A DNA stretch of 60,578 nucleotides, the filler included, from Sphacelaria rigidula (taxonomy: Eukaryota), in assembly GCA_964200075.2 (NCBI GenBank). It is 5 parts of 5 records of this genome, joined end to end, with 100 filler letters (N's around TTAATTAATTAA, not from the genome) between each part and the next. Parts side by side here need not be neighbours in the genome. Positions count along the whole stretch, not along the records: positions 36,410 to 48,444 come from CAXNAA020004208.1; positions 48,545 to 60,578 come from CAXNAA020004209.1; 3 more parts are not named here. One strand, written 5' to 3'. Every line of letters starts with the position of its first letter. Within the stretch, counting starts at the first letter, position 1. Positions 37,102-48,670 of the stretch are shown here, piece after piece. The notes under the pieces are model-generated. The model was not told the origin of the DNA. It ran no database searches and saw only the letters and a program-made list of their open reading frames with translations. A program made the position numbers and the translations under genes.

Positions 37102-39528
37102 GACTGGACACACAGGGTTTGCTCTTCACTATCTATCCAAAGGAGTGAAGACCTCCGCTATCCTACCCACTACGCCTCAAGAGATGGAAAATGACGATAG
37201 CTCAGAACATTCTATATGGATTATGGCTCTCCAGCATATGGATTATGGCCGAGATGGCAATGTGTCGCTTCGATTGAACACAACAACAGCTACGTAACGA
37301 AACATGTTGTTTTCTATTATAGAGTGGTATACACATATAGCTTACCGATTTGTATGAAACGTCGATTAGTATACCCCCGGGATACTAAACTCCAATGCGT
37401 GTGTTCATGTCTTTATAAAACACTATATATATGGGCCGCAAAGACTCGAGCCAGGGGTCGAATTATCATTGCTGTCATCAGTACTCGTTACTTCAGCTTG
37501 TCTTTTCTGGCTCGCCATCGGGGTATATTTAGTTTGATGATAAAGACGAGATAAAAATGAAGGTTTAATGCTCCAACTTCTGTCTGCGATGACATCTCAG
37601 ATCTAGTAGGTGTATAATGCACTTTAAACACTTACGTGGAGCGCAGGTGGCGAAGAAAAAAATATCGGGTATTTTACAGTACGAAATAAACAGATGCGTG
37701 TCCATACCTGTCTCAATGTTTGTCTTCTAATTTCTTTTGGCGGACGACCATCACACAATGCCTTGTCAAGAGCACATTTCGTCAAAAAGGATCGCGAACT
37801 TCAGCCGATCACATCACGTGATCATCGCTCGTGCAGCGACCAACCGCCCTTATTATGACTGCAGTCTGAAGATCCCAATTGCGAAACAAGTATCAAGCGG
37901 TATCACAGCTGTTTTCTCCCTGCGTCGGGCTATTGCATGGGTGGATCTGAACATACCACCATCAGTCCAAGGGTGAATGACTGCCCTCTGGAATATTGAA
38001 GAAGGACTGTCACAGAGCAGCAAACGGCATCAAAAATGGCTGCGAAGATGTTCACTGCACCAGATGGCACCATGTTCAGCAGCCGCACGGAGTACCGGAA
38101 GCACTTATTTTTCACCCAGTACACCTTCAAGGACAGGTACAAGCAGACGCAGTAGGTATTTTTCACCCAGTACACAATCTAGCTCTCTGTGACCTGTGTC
38201 CCCAGGAAGCATTCAGTCGACCTATCGTGGTTGTGTGGTGGCCGGAGACAGACGTCTATTATAAAGATACAGATACGCGCAAAATGTATGACGAGACTTC
38301 GAAACGACGACGCGACCGACCAACAGTGGCAGCATCATGTACGATGCAGCAGCGTGCTACCTGGTGTCGCTGTGCCTACTTTACACATTAGGCCCATCTA
38401 ACTCGTTCTGATTCCATCTTAACGCCTGCAGTCCGAGGTTCAATGACATCAAGCGCAGTCAATGGCCGGCGCCATACATCTCGGACCACGCAAATGTCGT
38501 TTCTCATCTTTGTATGTGCCGTTTTACTCCGCACCATACCCCCCATTCAACGCCCGACATAATATTATCGCCTGGTATAATAGTAAGTACTCCACGAACA
38601 CGAGGGTTGTACTGGATTGTTGTCTGGAAACAACGGAGATATTGCTGCGGTCGTCGAGTTGCAAAAATGAAATGGCATACAAGTAGTGGGTAGAGATAGA
38701 TCGTGTCTTTCCACGTCGTCCGAATGTCCCTGCGAACATGATTCCACATGCCCAATGGAACTCACAGCTCACCATCCGTCATTCGGGGCTGTGGGGGGAT
38801 GCGTATGTAGCATAATACAACGGCTTGCCCCGCAGCAAGTCACCCCTTGGTTCTTATTTGCCCAAAGGCCCTGGGTGGGGGGTTCGCGAAGTACCACCGT
38901 ACATACGATATCGTAACAGAGTATTCAATGCGGTAAGTGTCCAAATGTCGTGGTAAAAGTCGACATGGAAGGTATCTGGGGTTGAAGTAGTCGTTTATAC
39001 TTGGAAGGGACTTCTATCGTGACGAGGTGTACCATGCAGCTTCGACGTAATATGGAAAATTTGGATTCCGCTCTCTGTGTGATGACAGGGGGTCTGTGTC
39101 GAGTGTTGAGACTCACCGTTGCTACTCGTAACATCATCAGTTTCATGCTATGGTCGGCTCATGAATAAAAAAGAGAGATCATGAACGAAGCACAGCAGCT
39201 GTCCTTAGCTCCTTGGTCTAGTAGGTACGAGTGAGATGACAGATAAGACACGAACATCCTCTGTTTTTACCACAAGTACGAATTTTGCCTCCTCTCGAGG
39301 CGTACCCTCCCTCAGTCTGTCGCCATATATTGATGGATGTTTGATTCTTCGGTGAGGCTGTGGTTGTCACTGTGCACCGCGCGGGCAGGGCAGATACGCT
39401 CGAGATTTCAACCATGATGGCAACGCCCTGATTTCAATCACGACATGGGGGTGGAAGGATGACTATGATGAACTCAAGAATGTCATAATGGGAATTTACG
39501 TTTGGTGTAATTTTTTACTCCGTTCCAG

Positions 39529-39663
39529 GCACGGCGAGACGTTGCGGAAGCTCGGCGGGGAAATCGACGGGCAACCGTTTGACTTGACAGCCTTGAACGC
39601 GTGCGAGGTGACCCTGCTAGACCATTCGGAGGCCGTGCAGGTGGACGATCTTGCTGACTGCAG
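39529..39663 (+). CDS. TBCC/RP2-domain gene, exon A (5' start not located)
   Basis: HGETLRKLGGEIDGQPFDLTALNACEVTLLDHSEAVQVDDLADC, matching the RP2-type beta-helix start; phase 2 to 2. Confidence 0.88.
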
Positions 39664-40159
39664 GTGATATGACGACACGTTTTAGGGTCACATCTAGGAT
39701 CGTGTGACCGATCACTACTCGTACCGAACCACAGGCTTGGCGGAGGAACAGGAATCTTTCGGTTTGGCGTATCTCCAGCATAGCCACGGCATGATACACG
39801 TGAAGCGGCTCCTCTTTGCGTGTCCATGCCTGACTCACATTTTGTCCGCCACTTTAGCTACACCAATACGTGGCAGTTAGATTAACTCTTCCCTCGTCAT
39901 GCTGACATTTTCCACAGAAAAAACGACTTTTGCTAGTTACACGTCGCAATCGATGTATCCACTTGCGACCAACGATCCCGTGGAAACCACCGAAAACTTG
40001 CAAAGCCATTCGACTGACATTGAGCGATGATTTCTGTTACGCCAATCCACACTCCCGAGTACGGACTTGCATGATCGGCTTCATGGTACCGTGTCTGTGC
40101 CAGTAATCATGTGCCCCCCTGCCGATGCCAACAACGCCTCCCTCCTATCGTGCTTGCAG

Positions 40160-40361
40160 GGTGTTCATAGCAGCCTGTGCCGATTCCTTGTTTGTGCGGA
40201 ATTGTACGGGCTGCGTGTTTACCGTGGCGTGCAAGCAGCTCCGAACGCGGGACTGTCGCAACTGCGAGTTTCGGTTGTATTGCAAGACCGAGCCCATCAT
40301 CGAGACATCGACGGATATGTCGTTTGGGCCTTTCAACGGTGCTTACAACGGTCATGCTGAG
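40160..40361 (+). CDS. TBCC/RP2-domain gene, exon B
   Basis: VFIAACADSLFVRNCTGCVFTVACKQLRTRDCRNCEFRLYCKTEPIIETSTDMSFGPFNGAY retains the Q(L/F)R arginine-finger and PIIE motifs; GTAAGG donor. Confidence 0.93.
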
Positions 40362-40839
40362 GTAAGGGAGGAGAGGGTGGAGAACACCCGAAAAGGGCAG
40401 AGACAGAGACAAAGATTGAGGCGTTTTTCAGCACGGACGGTTTGAAGGTTTGATCTGCGAAGGGCATCATGTCAGCACCCTGTAACTTTCAAGTAAGTGA
40501 CTGTGTAGTGCGTACTCTTTTTGATCATGTACCTCCGCCCTTTTTAGCCTAAATATATATTTTGATACGACTATAGTAGTTAATCTTCACATATCTAAAC
40601 TACCACAACAGTACAGCGTGCTGCTTCGTGCATCCGTGATATGCCCGGGTGTTCCTGTCGTGCTTCAGACTCGTGTAGTGATTGGCGATGTGAAAATTAG
40701 CCCCTGGTGGGCAGTCGTGAGAAAATGTTCTTGCTGCCTGTGGCGCAAATACCGAGTACAGTCCTTCCGCACCGCTCCGTCGCTAATATCTTGTCCGCGG
40801 GGTACTATTGAGCAACCGTCGCCATTTCGTTCTGCGCAG

Positions 40840-40945
40840 CACCTCCGAGCCGCCAGTTTGACGACACCTAACTTGTGGTTCGGTGTTTACGACTTCAACG
40901 ACGAGGCCAAGACGGGGAAGAATTGGCGCTTGCTGGGGCCCGAAG
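40840..40945 (+). CDS. TBCC/RP2-domain gene, exon C
   Basis: HLRAASLTTPNLWFGVYDFNDEAKTGKNWRLLGPE carries the NxW..V.DF..NW motif that ends the TBCC domain. Confidence 0.88.
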
Positions 40946-41221
40946 GTCAGGGAATAAGATCCTCTCGATAGCTTACCGGTCGTTGCGTTTCGTGTTTTCG
41001 CGTTCCGCGTCTCATGTTTCGTGTTTCGTGTTCCGTGTCTCATGATTTGTGTTTTGTCTCTTTGTCTGCTGGTTGGTTTCGTTCCGCATGTCGTGTGTCA
41101 TGTTTTTGCGTGATTTGCGGTTCCAGGATTCCTGTTTTCTCGCCTCGAAAAAGTAGCTTTGATCGGGATCTTGGGATCTTTGCTCTTCTTGTGTCTCAGC
41201 AGCAAGGGTGGCGCACTCGGA

Positions 41222-41335
41222 GGGGGGGAGGGGGGTTACTCATGATTTTGCATGCCGTAGTCATATGACCGTTGGCCTCGTATACCTACTAAGCCGGGGC
41301 GGAGCACGGCGGATTTTGGCCGGAGCAGGCGGGGG
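41222..41335 (-). mobile_element. Poly(C)-tailed repeat, subfamily 1 (longest copy)
   Basis: (G)nTTACTCATGATTTTGCATGCCGTAGTCATATGACCGTTGGCCTCG...GGAGCACGG...GGCCGGAGCAGGC. Confidence 0.78.
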
Positions 41336-41951
41336 GAGCGAGCTTGCGGATAGTACTTTGTGTTGATGTGCCCTTCAGCGCGTATACGATGACTCGACGC
41401 ACACCCTCCAATAGTGTGTAATCATTTTGCACTTTTTACCACCTTTGCCGAGTGTTCTCTGGCTGCAAGGCATCTTAGCCCGCGCTTTCTTCTGCAGTGC
41501 ACGAAGGGGCCGTGATTTCTGGTGCGATTGCTGCATGCACGACTTTTTCTCGGCCACGGGGTTTGGTTTGTTCGGCTGCACGGCACTAGTTTCGATATAT
41601 CATGTGCGCACATGATTTCCGTCTCGGGAGGCAGCTTGTGGACATGCTGCGCCCACACCACTTTGTCTCCATACACAGTATACGGGACCCAGTTTGTTTT
41701 GCCGCGTCGATTGTTCCGTCCCGCAACGTGCGGAATACTGAGCACTTGTTCCTGCGAGGCGGCTCCAATACACCCCCGGTTTTTCATACAAATCTTTGGC
41801 ACCAGGAAAATGATGAGTATTGTAGTAGATTCAGCTCTGCAAGTCTCCCACCACCGCCGCCTCCACCGACACAGCTTCCCACGATAATTCTCCACGATGC
41901 ACATTTGATTTCCAGTCTCTGCCCGCTCTCCTCTCCCCACTACACTACCAG

Positions 41952-42160
41952 ATGAGGGAGAGCCATGGTGTCCACTGAACGACGGCGCTTGCGTAGCCGT
42001 CCCGAAGACTGAAGCGGGGTCGATTGCGCTACCCAGCAAAAGCGCTGCTTGCAGCGGTGGCGATGTTACAGGCGTTCTCGGGGCTGATGGGAAACAGAGC
42101 GGCGGTACCATGGCGTTCTCGTTCGATACTAGTGCCGCGAAGGCTGCTGCTGCCGTGCAG
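41952..42160 (+). CDS. TBCC/RP2-domain gene, exon D
   Basis: Phase-1 CAG acceptor fits exon C; encodes DEGEPWCPLNDGACVAVPKTEAGSI...MAFSFDTSAAKAAAAVQ. The donor is uncertain, and the frame could instead run to a stop near 42220. Confidence 0.7.
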
Positions 42161-43168
42161 GTTGTCCTGAAGAACGCAGTGTGTGAATTGCTTTTTGCTC
42201 GCTTAGGGGGCGAATGTTGACATGTCGGTTTGTCGGACATGTTGCGTTGTGGCGCATTATCTTGCGCATCAACGTTGAGGCTTTTTCGTGTAGATGGTCG
42301 GGCGCCGAGGGCACTGGTTCGTCTATTTTGGGTCAAATACAACCCAACAAGAAGTGCAAGGGGCATCGTATCTCTCAAAATTTGTCACAAGACTCCGCAT
42401 TCTTGCCTTCGTCTAGCAAGGAGTTGGGGGCGAGGGCAGCATGGGGGGGGCGGGGGGGACCTGATTCCATGTAAGTCAGCTGCCAGACATAGTCACGCCC
42501 TAAAACTGAGTTAATTTACTTGTCAAGAGGTTGCTACCGGACTCGGAGTAAGGGTATACCCTGTATGAAGGGATTGTCACGAGTTTTCCGTGAGCCAGAG
42601 AAAACGAAGTGATGCGAAAACTTGAAAAAACGAGGCAAGATTGGCAGAGTCTCGAACTTGCCTACAGACCACTCCACACACCGCAGAGGAAGAGGCTCGA
42701 CCAGCCAGGGAGTAACTCGATGCAGTACGTCAGTTTCGCAGCTGCTGCGACTGTCGGGAGAGTGCTTTCAAGCTGTTTTTCATTCGACGTTGAGTATTCC
42801 TTGGCGCCCCCCCCCCCAAGAAAAAGAGAGAGGAGGGGGAGGGGAAAGGGGGGATTGAAGGATAACTATTGGGGATTACTCGGTTCTATCTTTTCCCCGT
42901 CCCTCACTCAAGGCGTATTCAGCTTCTGGTTCCGACCACATGCTACTTCCCGAAAGACACAGAAGCCGTACAGACGGATTACCGTGGGTGTAGGGGCTTA
43001 CGGCGATCGTTGGTGGCTTCTAGTCGTTTCTTCCGGCGCATTTGATATATATTCTCCGCGCCCCTCAGTAGCAAATTTTCGAGGTAATCTTTGAACTGGA
43101 CAATCCGTTTACTTCGGTGTCTGCCTCTTTCCCCCCGGTACGCGCCCAACGTCGTGCGGCCTTCCAAG

Positions 43169-45406
43169 AAATGTGAAGGCGAACAAGTTCGGAAGATCAT
43201 GACTGCGACCACGGCTCCCGCTGCTCCTTCAGCGGACTCCGCCGGTGCGGCCGTGGGCGCAAGCGGGTCGGGCGGAGGCGTGGCTGTCGGCGGTGGTGGC
43301 AACAAAACACGGTTCGGGTGGGACCCCTCTCGGTCTGGAAGCTCTCGAAGTATAGCGCTCGGGGTCGCCGCAACCACCGCCGCCAAAGCCAAAGCGCGCG
43401 GTACAGTCGCGCAGGTTCCTGCTTCGGTCAAACTATTGCACACCGTCGGCGAGGAGGAGAATGGTCGAGGAGGCAAAGACAAGGGAATACGCGGTAGCGA
43501 GGCGACGAATACCAGGCGTGAAAGTGGCGCAGCTCATTACGAGGACGTCCACAATAGCGGCAACGGTGGTCACAGTGATCATCGCAGCGGTCACGGCACC
43601 GGGAAAGCAGGCGGACAAGTTCGTGAATTCATGAAGGCGGCGGCCACGGTGTCCACGGTGTCCGCCGCAATGACAGATACCAGCAACAAACCGGGCCGCC
43701 GTTCACGACAACACAGCGGTGGCATGGGAAGGGTAGGGTGGAATCCGTCCCGTACTTCTTCCGGCTCCGGCCAGAGCATGGCCGCTGCCGCCGAAGCCGC
43801 GGCGGCCGCCCCGGGCTCCGGAAGCACCGTCCCGACATCGGCGCCAACTGCACCGAGTTCTGCGGCGGGGTCCGCGACCCCGCCGCCGACCCCATCACCC
43901 CGCCGTTACCAAATTGTCGGGTGGGACGCTTCCCGCATTGCGAGTGCCGCATCCGGCGGAGTAAGTCCTTCCTCACCCTCGCAAGCTTTTCGTGAGCAGA
44001 CACCGACCAGCGGTATGGCCAGCGGAGGCGGAGGCAGCGGCGGTGGTGACCGCAGTACGGGTGCAGGTGGGCCGTTCACACGGGAGGCAGTCGGCGGCGC
44101 TGTGAGCATGGCTGAGGATATTTTACGACATCGGTGGACGAGTCAAGAGCGAGGTGACGGGGGCGAGGTCGACGGAGTAAGGTCCGAGCTCGGGATTTCA
44201 GGGTCGTCGCGGGCGCCAGCGCCCCCGTCGCCCGCTCAGGTCGATGACGGCGACGATAGTGGCTACGATGATGATACCTTCGACGAGGATGGTGAAGAAT
44301 ACGATGATGGTGATGAATACGATGATGGTGATGGTGGTAGTGGTGGTGATCATGAGGCAGAGGGCTGTAGATATTTAGATCGGGTGGTCGTAGTAGCGGA
44401 GGGTCAAAGTGTAGGCTGGAACCCGAACCGGATCCTTGTTTGTGGCTGGCAGGGTTCGGACGAGGACGAGGACGAGAATGAAGATGAGGATTGCGTGCGG
44501 CAGGAAGTGACATCGGCGTGTTCATCGTACCCACCACCACAACAACAACAACAACAACGACGACGACGACGACGACAACAACAACAGCAGCAACGAGCCG
44601 GGGCGTGCAGCTCTTCCCCCCCGGTATCTACGACGGCAGGGGCGACTCGAGACACCCCAGGCACCGAGTCACAAATGCACGACGCACTAGCGTCGTCTTC
44701 TCCGGCGCCGCCAGGTGCTAGCGTCTCTGAACCACACGCGGCTATCGAGAATCGAATGCATCTCATGGACTCACAGAGGAGATCGTCGAGCGGCGCCTGT
44801 AGTGGCGGTGCCAGCGGCGGCGATGGGGACGATGACGCTGGCAGTGAGAAGAGAGGCCTGACCTTGGAAAACACCCATAGCACCGACTGCAGCGCCAGCA
44901 TCAACGGTGACCCCGCGAGCAACCGGCACCGCGCCCTCCTGGTCTCACCGCTGGCTTCCACTCCGGCGGCGGCCGACGCCGCGGCGGCCGCCGTGGAGCG
45001 TGGCCCCGCGCCGATGCGTATTGGGTGGAGTGCCTCCCGTGTCGGCAATCCTGCGATCCCCGCTCTAACGAGTAACGTCGTGGCGCGAAACGTGACCCGG
45101 AAAAAGCCGCCAGCCCCGTCAACGGCAGCAGCAGCGGCGTCCGTAACCGGCAGGCGGTTGGTGGATGACACTAAAGGAGGCGGGCCGAGCGAAACTGGAG
45201 AAAGAGAGGGGAAGGCGGTGAAGGTATATAGTGGCGGCGACAGCGGGGGTGGTAGTCTAGCTCATGGGAGGGTGCCAGTGCAGCTGAAGGCGATGCTGCT
45301 GTATGCGTCTACTTACCGCGGGATTGATTTGCGGAAGTGGTTTGATGTAGCCAGCGACGGGGGGGTAGAGGACGGCGGGGAGTGCGATAGAGGTGCGGCC
45401 GGTCGC
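43169..45406 (+). CDS. Large low-complexity exon, probably of the same gene, with five GWxxS/NR motifs
   Basis: More than 2.2 kb open and GC-rich, phase 0 at both inferred boundaries, G/A/S/D-rich. It ends in the globular-looking VQLKAMLLYASTYRGIDLRKWF. Confidence 0.75.
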
Positions 45407-45785
45407 GTGCGTGCAGGGACTTGGTTTGTTTGTACTTCATACTAGATATCGGACGGATTGTTGTACGGGTTTGTATCTGAAAGGTACTTTCGTTTGTTGT
45501 GGTGGACACGACCTGTACTCACTGTTCATTCGACAATGTCGGCCATTCCGCCTTTGTTGCTCGTGTTTCGCAGCGAACAACTGACTTTTACTATTTTGAT
45601 TGACGAATGACTCGCTTTCATCTAGTTGACGATACCAACGCTTCTCGTCGCTACCACCTTTCCTGCCTCCTGCTCGCCCCCGCCCGTTCTCCTTTTCGGC
45701 GCTTCAAATGGACGGGGGTCGTTGCGGACGCATCTACTTGCGTTGGCTTTTGCGCCCCGCAGAAGCCGATACCACATCACCGCAG

Positions 45786-45842
45786 CCGTTGACTGTCGTC
45801 CAATTCGAGCTTGTCCTGGCCGGCCTGGCGGCAGGCCTGAAG
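45786..45842 (+). CDS. Small exon of the same gene
   Basis: CGCAG | PLTVVQFELVLAGLAAGLK | GTATGT, phase 0 to 0. Confidence 0.65.
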
Positions 45843-46340
45843 GTATGTGGATGAAATAAGGAGGGGAAAGGCGGAGCGATATTTGAACTCCTGTGGGGAT
45901 GGTAAATTGGGACTACTCAGGCGTGTATATAACATGCATCGGCAAGACCGTAAGCAGGACAAAAGCGGGCCCCAACCGTATACTGGGTAAGCCAGATTTT
46001 CATGAATGGCGGACAGACAGCAATGCTTACAGGTCACCTAAACATGAACCAACGCACTGGCACGCGTAGATTCGAACGGAGGGAAGGTATACCCTCGTTT
46101 TCATAAGGCCCGTATATTACGGGGCCTCCTACTATGTCTAGAAGTGTTGACTGAGTCCCTCTTCCCGCGATCGACCCCATGTATGTCCACCCCAGCCTCA
46201 GCCCAACCGTCAGGTTTATCGTGCGTACCGTGCTGTATCTATATCTGTGTCGGTAGTGTACTGCAATGTAGTGTTGACTGACCCACGGCGTTTTTTTCGA
46301 TGGCTGCATCCATACTGAAAAAATGGCTCGGGAAAAACAG

Positions 46341-47150
46341 GCAGGCTTATCGGCAGAAGAACAAGCCGAGATAGACGCTGCCGTAACCCCAGAGGCCGTC
46401 GCAGCGGCCGCCGCCGCTGCCCCCCCCCCCGCCGCCGCCGCCGCTGTGGAAAAAGACGTTCCTTCTACCGGTAATAGTTGCTCCCGCGCTAATGCCGCCG
46501 CGGCCGCTGGTGCTGCAGGCATGATTGTGCAGCAGCAACAACAGCAGCATGTAGACGTCCGTCGCCTGCTGGACATTTGCGGTATCGCGCGCCGGCGGGG
46601 AGTCGAGAGGGGCGAGAGCGAAGCTTCTTTTTGTTCCGGGACGGCGCATCGACGCCAACAACAGGGATGGCTAGACGGGGGCGGCTATCACGATGGCGAT
46701 GACGGCGATGATGATGATGACGACGATGGTGGTGATGATGTTGATGATAGAGATGATCATCGCGAACAGATTGACAGCAGCGGCATTGGGAGCAGCGGCA
46801 GCTTGAGGAGCAACGGCCTCAATAGCGATAACGTTAGCAGTAGTAGTAAGACTAGAGCGTGCGAAGCTTGTAGCCTACTCCCGGGCAGGAGCGCCGGCGC
46901 CCGCGGATCGAGCGGACCATGGCCGGCTACTGAACGCGGAAAGAGGCAAAGTCGCGCCGCACCTGAGCGTGGGACCCATGGGACGTCGGGAAAGGGCGCG
47001 CAGGGGGAGAGCGGGAGGAAGTTTGGCGCTGTTGGGCGAGAATGCTTCGGTGGAAAAGGGGGGCGGAGAAAGAAGAGTGTGGCATTAGAGGAGGATGAAG
47101 CGTTATTAAGAAGGGTCACGGGGCAGGCTGACCTGTATAATTGTCTGTTG
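46341..47150 (+). CDS. Exon of the same gene
   Basis: 270 codons, AGLSAEEQAEIDAAV...HVDVRRLLDIC...ADLYNCLL, ending at a GTGAGT donor. Confidence 0.72.
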
Positions 47151-47732
47151 GTGAGTTTTTGTTTGTTTACTTTTCCCGGGGGGTGGGGTGGGGGGGGGGG
47201 GGCGTATTTATTTGTTTTTTGCTTTAATCGTTTGTCGCTTGTCCACTGATCTCTTTCTGAGCGGGAGAGGGGGGGGGGGGGGNNNNNNNNNNGGCGGGTG
47301 GTGTGTGCCGTTGTTGGGGTGTGGGGGAGGCTGGTGTTGGTGGGGCGGGGGGGGGGGTGGGCGGGGTGGGGGAGAGGAAAAGAGTAAACAATGGAACAAC
47401 AACAACACCGTCTTACCCTGTTTTATACTCCAGATTTTTTCAATTCTGTGGTGTCGGCTGCTTGGTGCTCCATTATCATTTACACCGAATTATACCACAC
47501 GATATATTCACTGGTTTGGTTGTATGTGGTGACACACGCATTGCCCATGTCTATAGTCGCTGTTGTTGTTACTGTTGTCGATTCGACATGTGCGCAGCCG
47601 AGCGGAACGCGTACTCCCTCACATACGGACTACACCACAACCAACCGATTACAACCACCTGAACAACCAAACTCGAAGTCGAAACCGACCCTTATCACCC
47701 TTGGTTGTTGCATTTTCATGCCCGCGTGACAG

Positions 47733-47876
47733 GCATCGCTGGGGCTAAAGCAGCCCATAGGCTCCACACCGGGGGTGCATGAGGCTTGGGAAGCCCGCGT
47801 TCGTGGCTCCACCGTCTCTCTCAAAGCGCTGCGGCAGGCGCTGGCCAGCGTGGGGCTTCCGTTGGGGACGTCGAGG
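47733..47876 (+). CDS. Exon of the same gene (gene continues past the contig end)
   Basis: ASLGLKQ...STVSLKALRQALASVGLPLGTSR with a GTGAGC donor; the helix-loop-helix pattern resembles a degenerate EF-hand. Confidence 0.65.
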
Positions 47877-48444
47877 GTGAGCAAGAAATCATATATTTTT
47901 TGTAGAAGGAATGAAATCTGTACACGATAGAATTGCAGGGAATTAATGCTAGTGTTGTGCATCCTATTTGACTTGAGAATTTTGTGTGGCCTGGTAATTA
48001 TGTTTTTGTTGGTCGTCTTTTGCTTTGGCTTTCTGCGGCATAGATGAATCGTACCGCACAGCGTAGCTTCGTGTCGTACAACACACCATTTGGTTATGTG
48101 GAAAGGGGAGAGGTAGACAGCAGCAGCAGCAGCAGCAGCAACAGCAACAACAACAAAAACACACGATGACTTGATGTAGATGCATTCGTAAAGTCATCCC
48201 CGACCCCTCACCTCACTCTGGCTTCGGGTCGATCCTTACATCGGTCATTGTCTTACTTGACAAGATTCCTGTTTTTGAGATCAGCTGCAACCGCCCCTGG
48301 AAACGTTGTGCAGGAAGCGATTAACATTAATTTCACCCTCGCTCCTTGCCCCCCGCACTCCCACTCCCCCCCTACCTACATCAACTTTGGACCCCGAACT
48401 CGCGCGACGATATATATATATCTATACATTCATTCACACACCGC

Positions 48445-48544
48445 NNNNNNNNNNNNNNNNNNNNNNNNNNNNNNNNNNNNNNNNNNNNTTAATTAATTAA
48501 NNNNNNNNNNNNNNNNNNNNNNNNNNNNNNNNNNNNNNNNNNNN
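48445..48544. other. Artificial contig linker
   Basis: N44 + TTAATTAATTAA + N44. Confidence 0.98.
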
Positions 48545-48670
48545 TTCGGGGGCCCCGAAACCAAACCCCCCCCCCACCCCCTTCCCCAACACCCCGCACC
48601 CGGTACCCCCCCCCCCCCCCTCCCCCCCCCCCCCCCCCCCAGTCAACAACCGAGTCCCACACGCTAACCC

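Noticed and set aside
44404..45171. Long antisense ORFs with poly-Cys (also 41422-42378, 42979-43482 and 46034-46576)
   Set aside because: They are shadows of GC-rich plus-strand exons and triplet repeats.
12083..48500. TTAATTAATTAA recurring every ~12.1 kb as a biological periodic signal
   Set aside because: It is always centred in identical N padding and is a synthetic six-frame stop linker.
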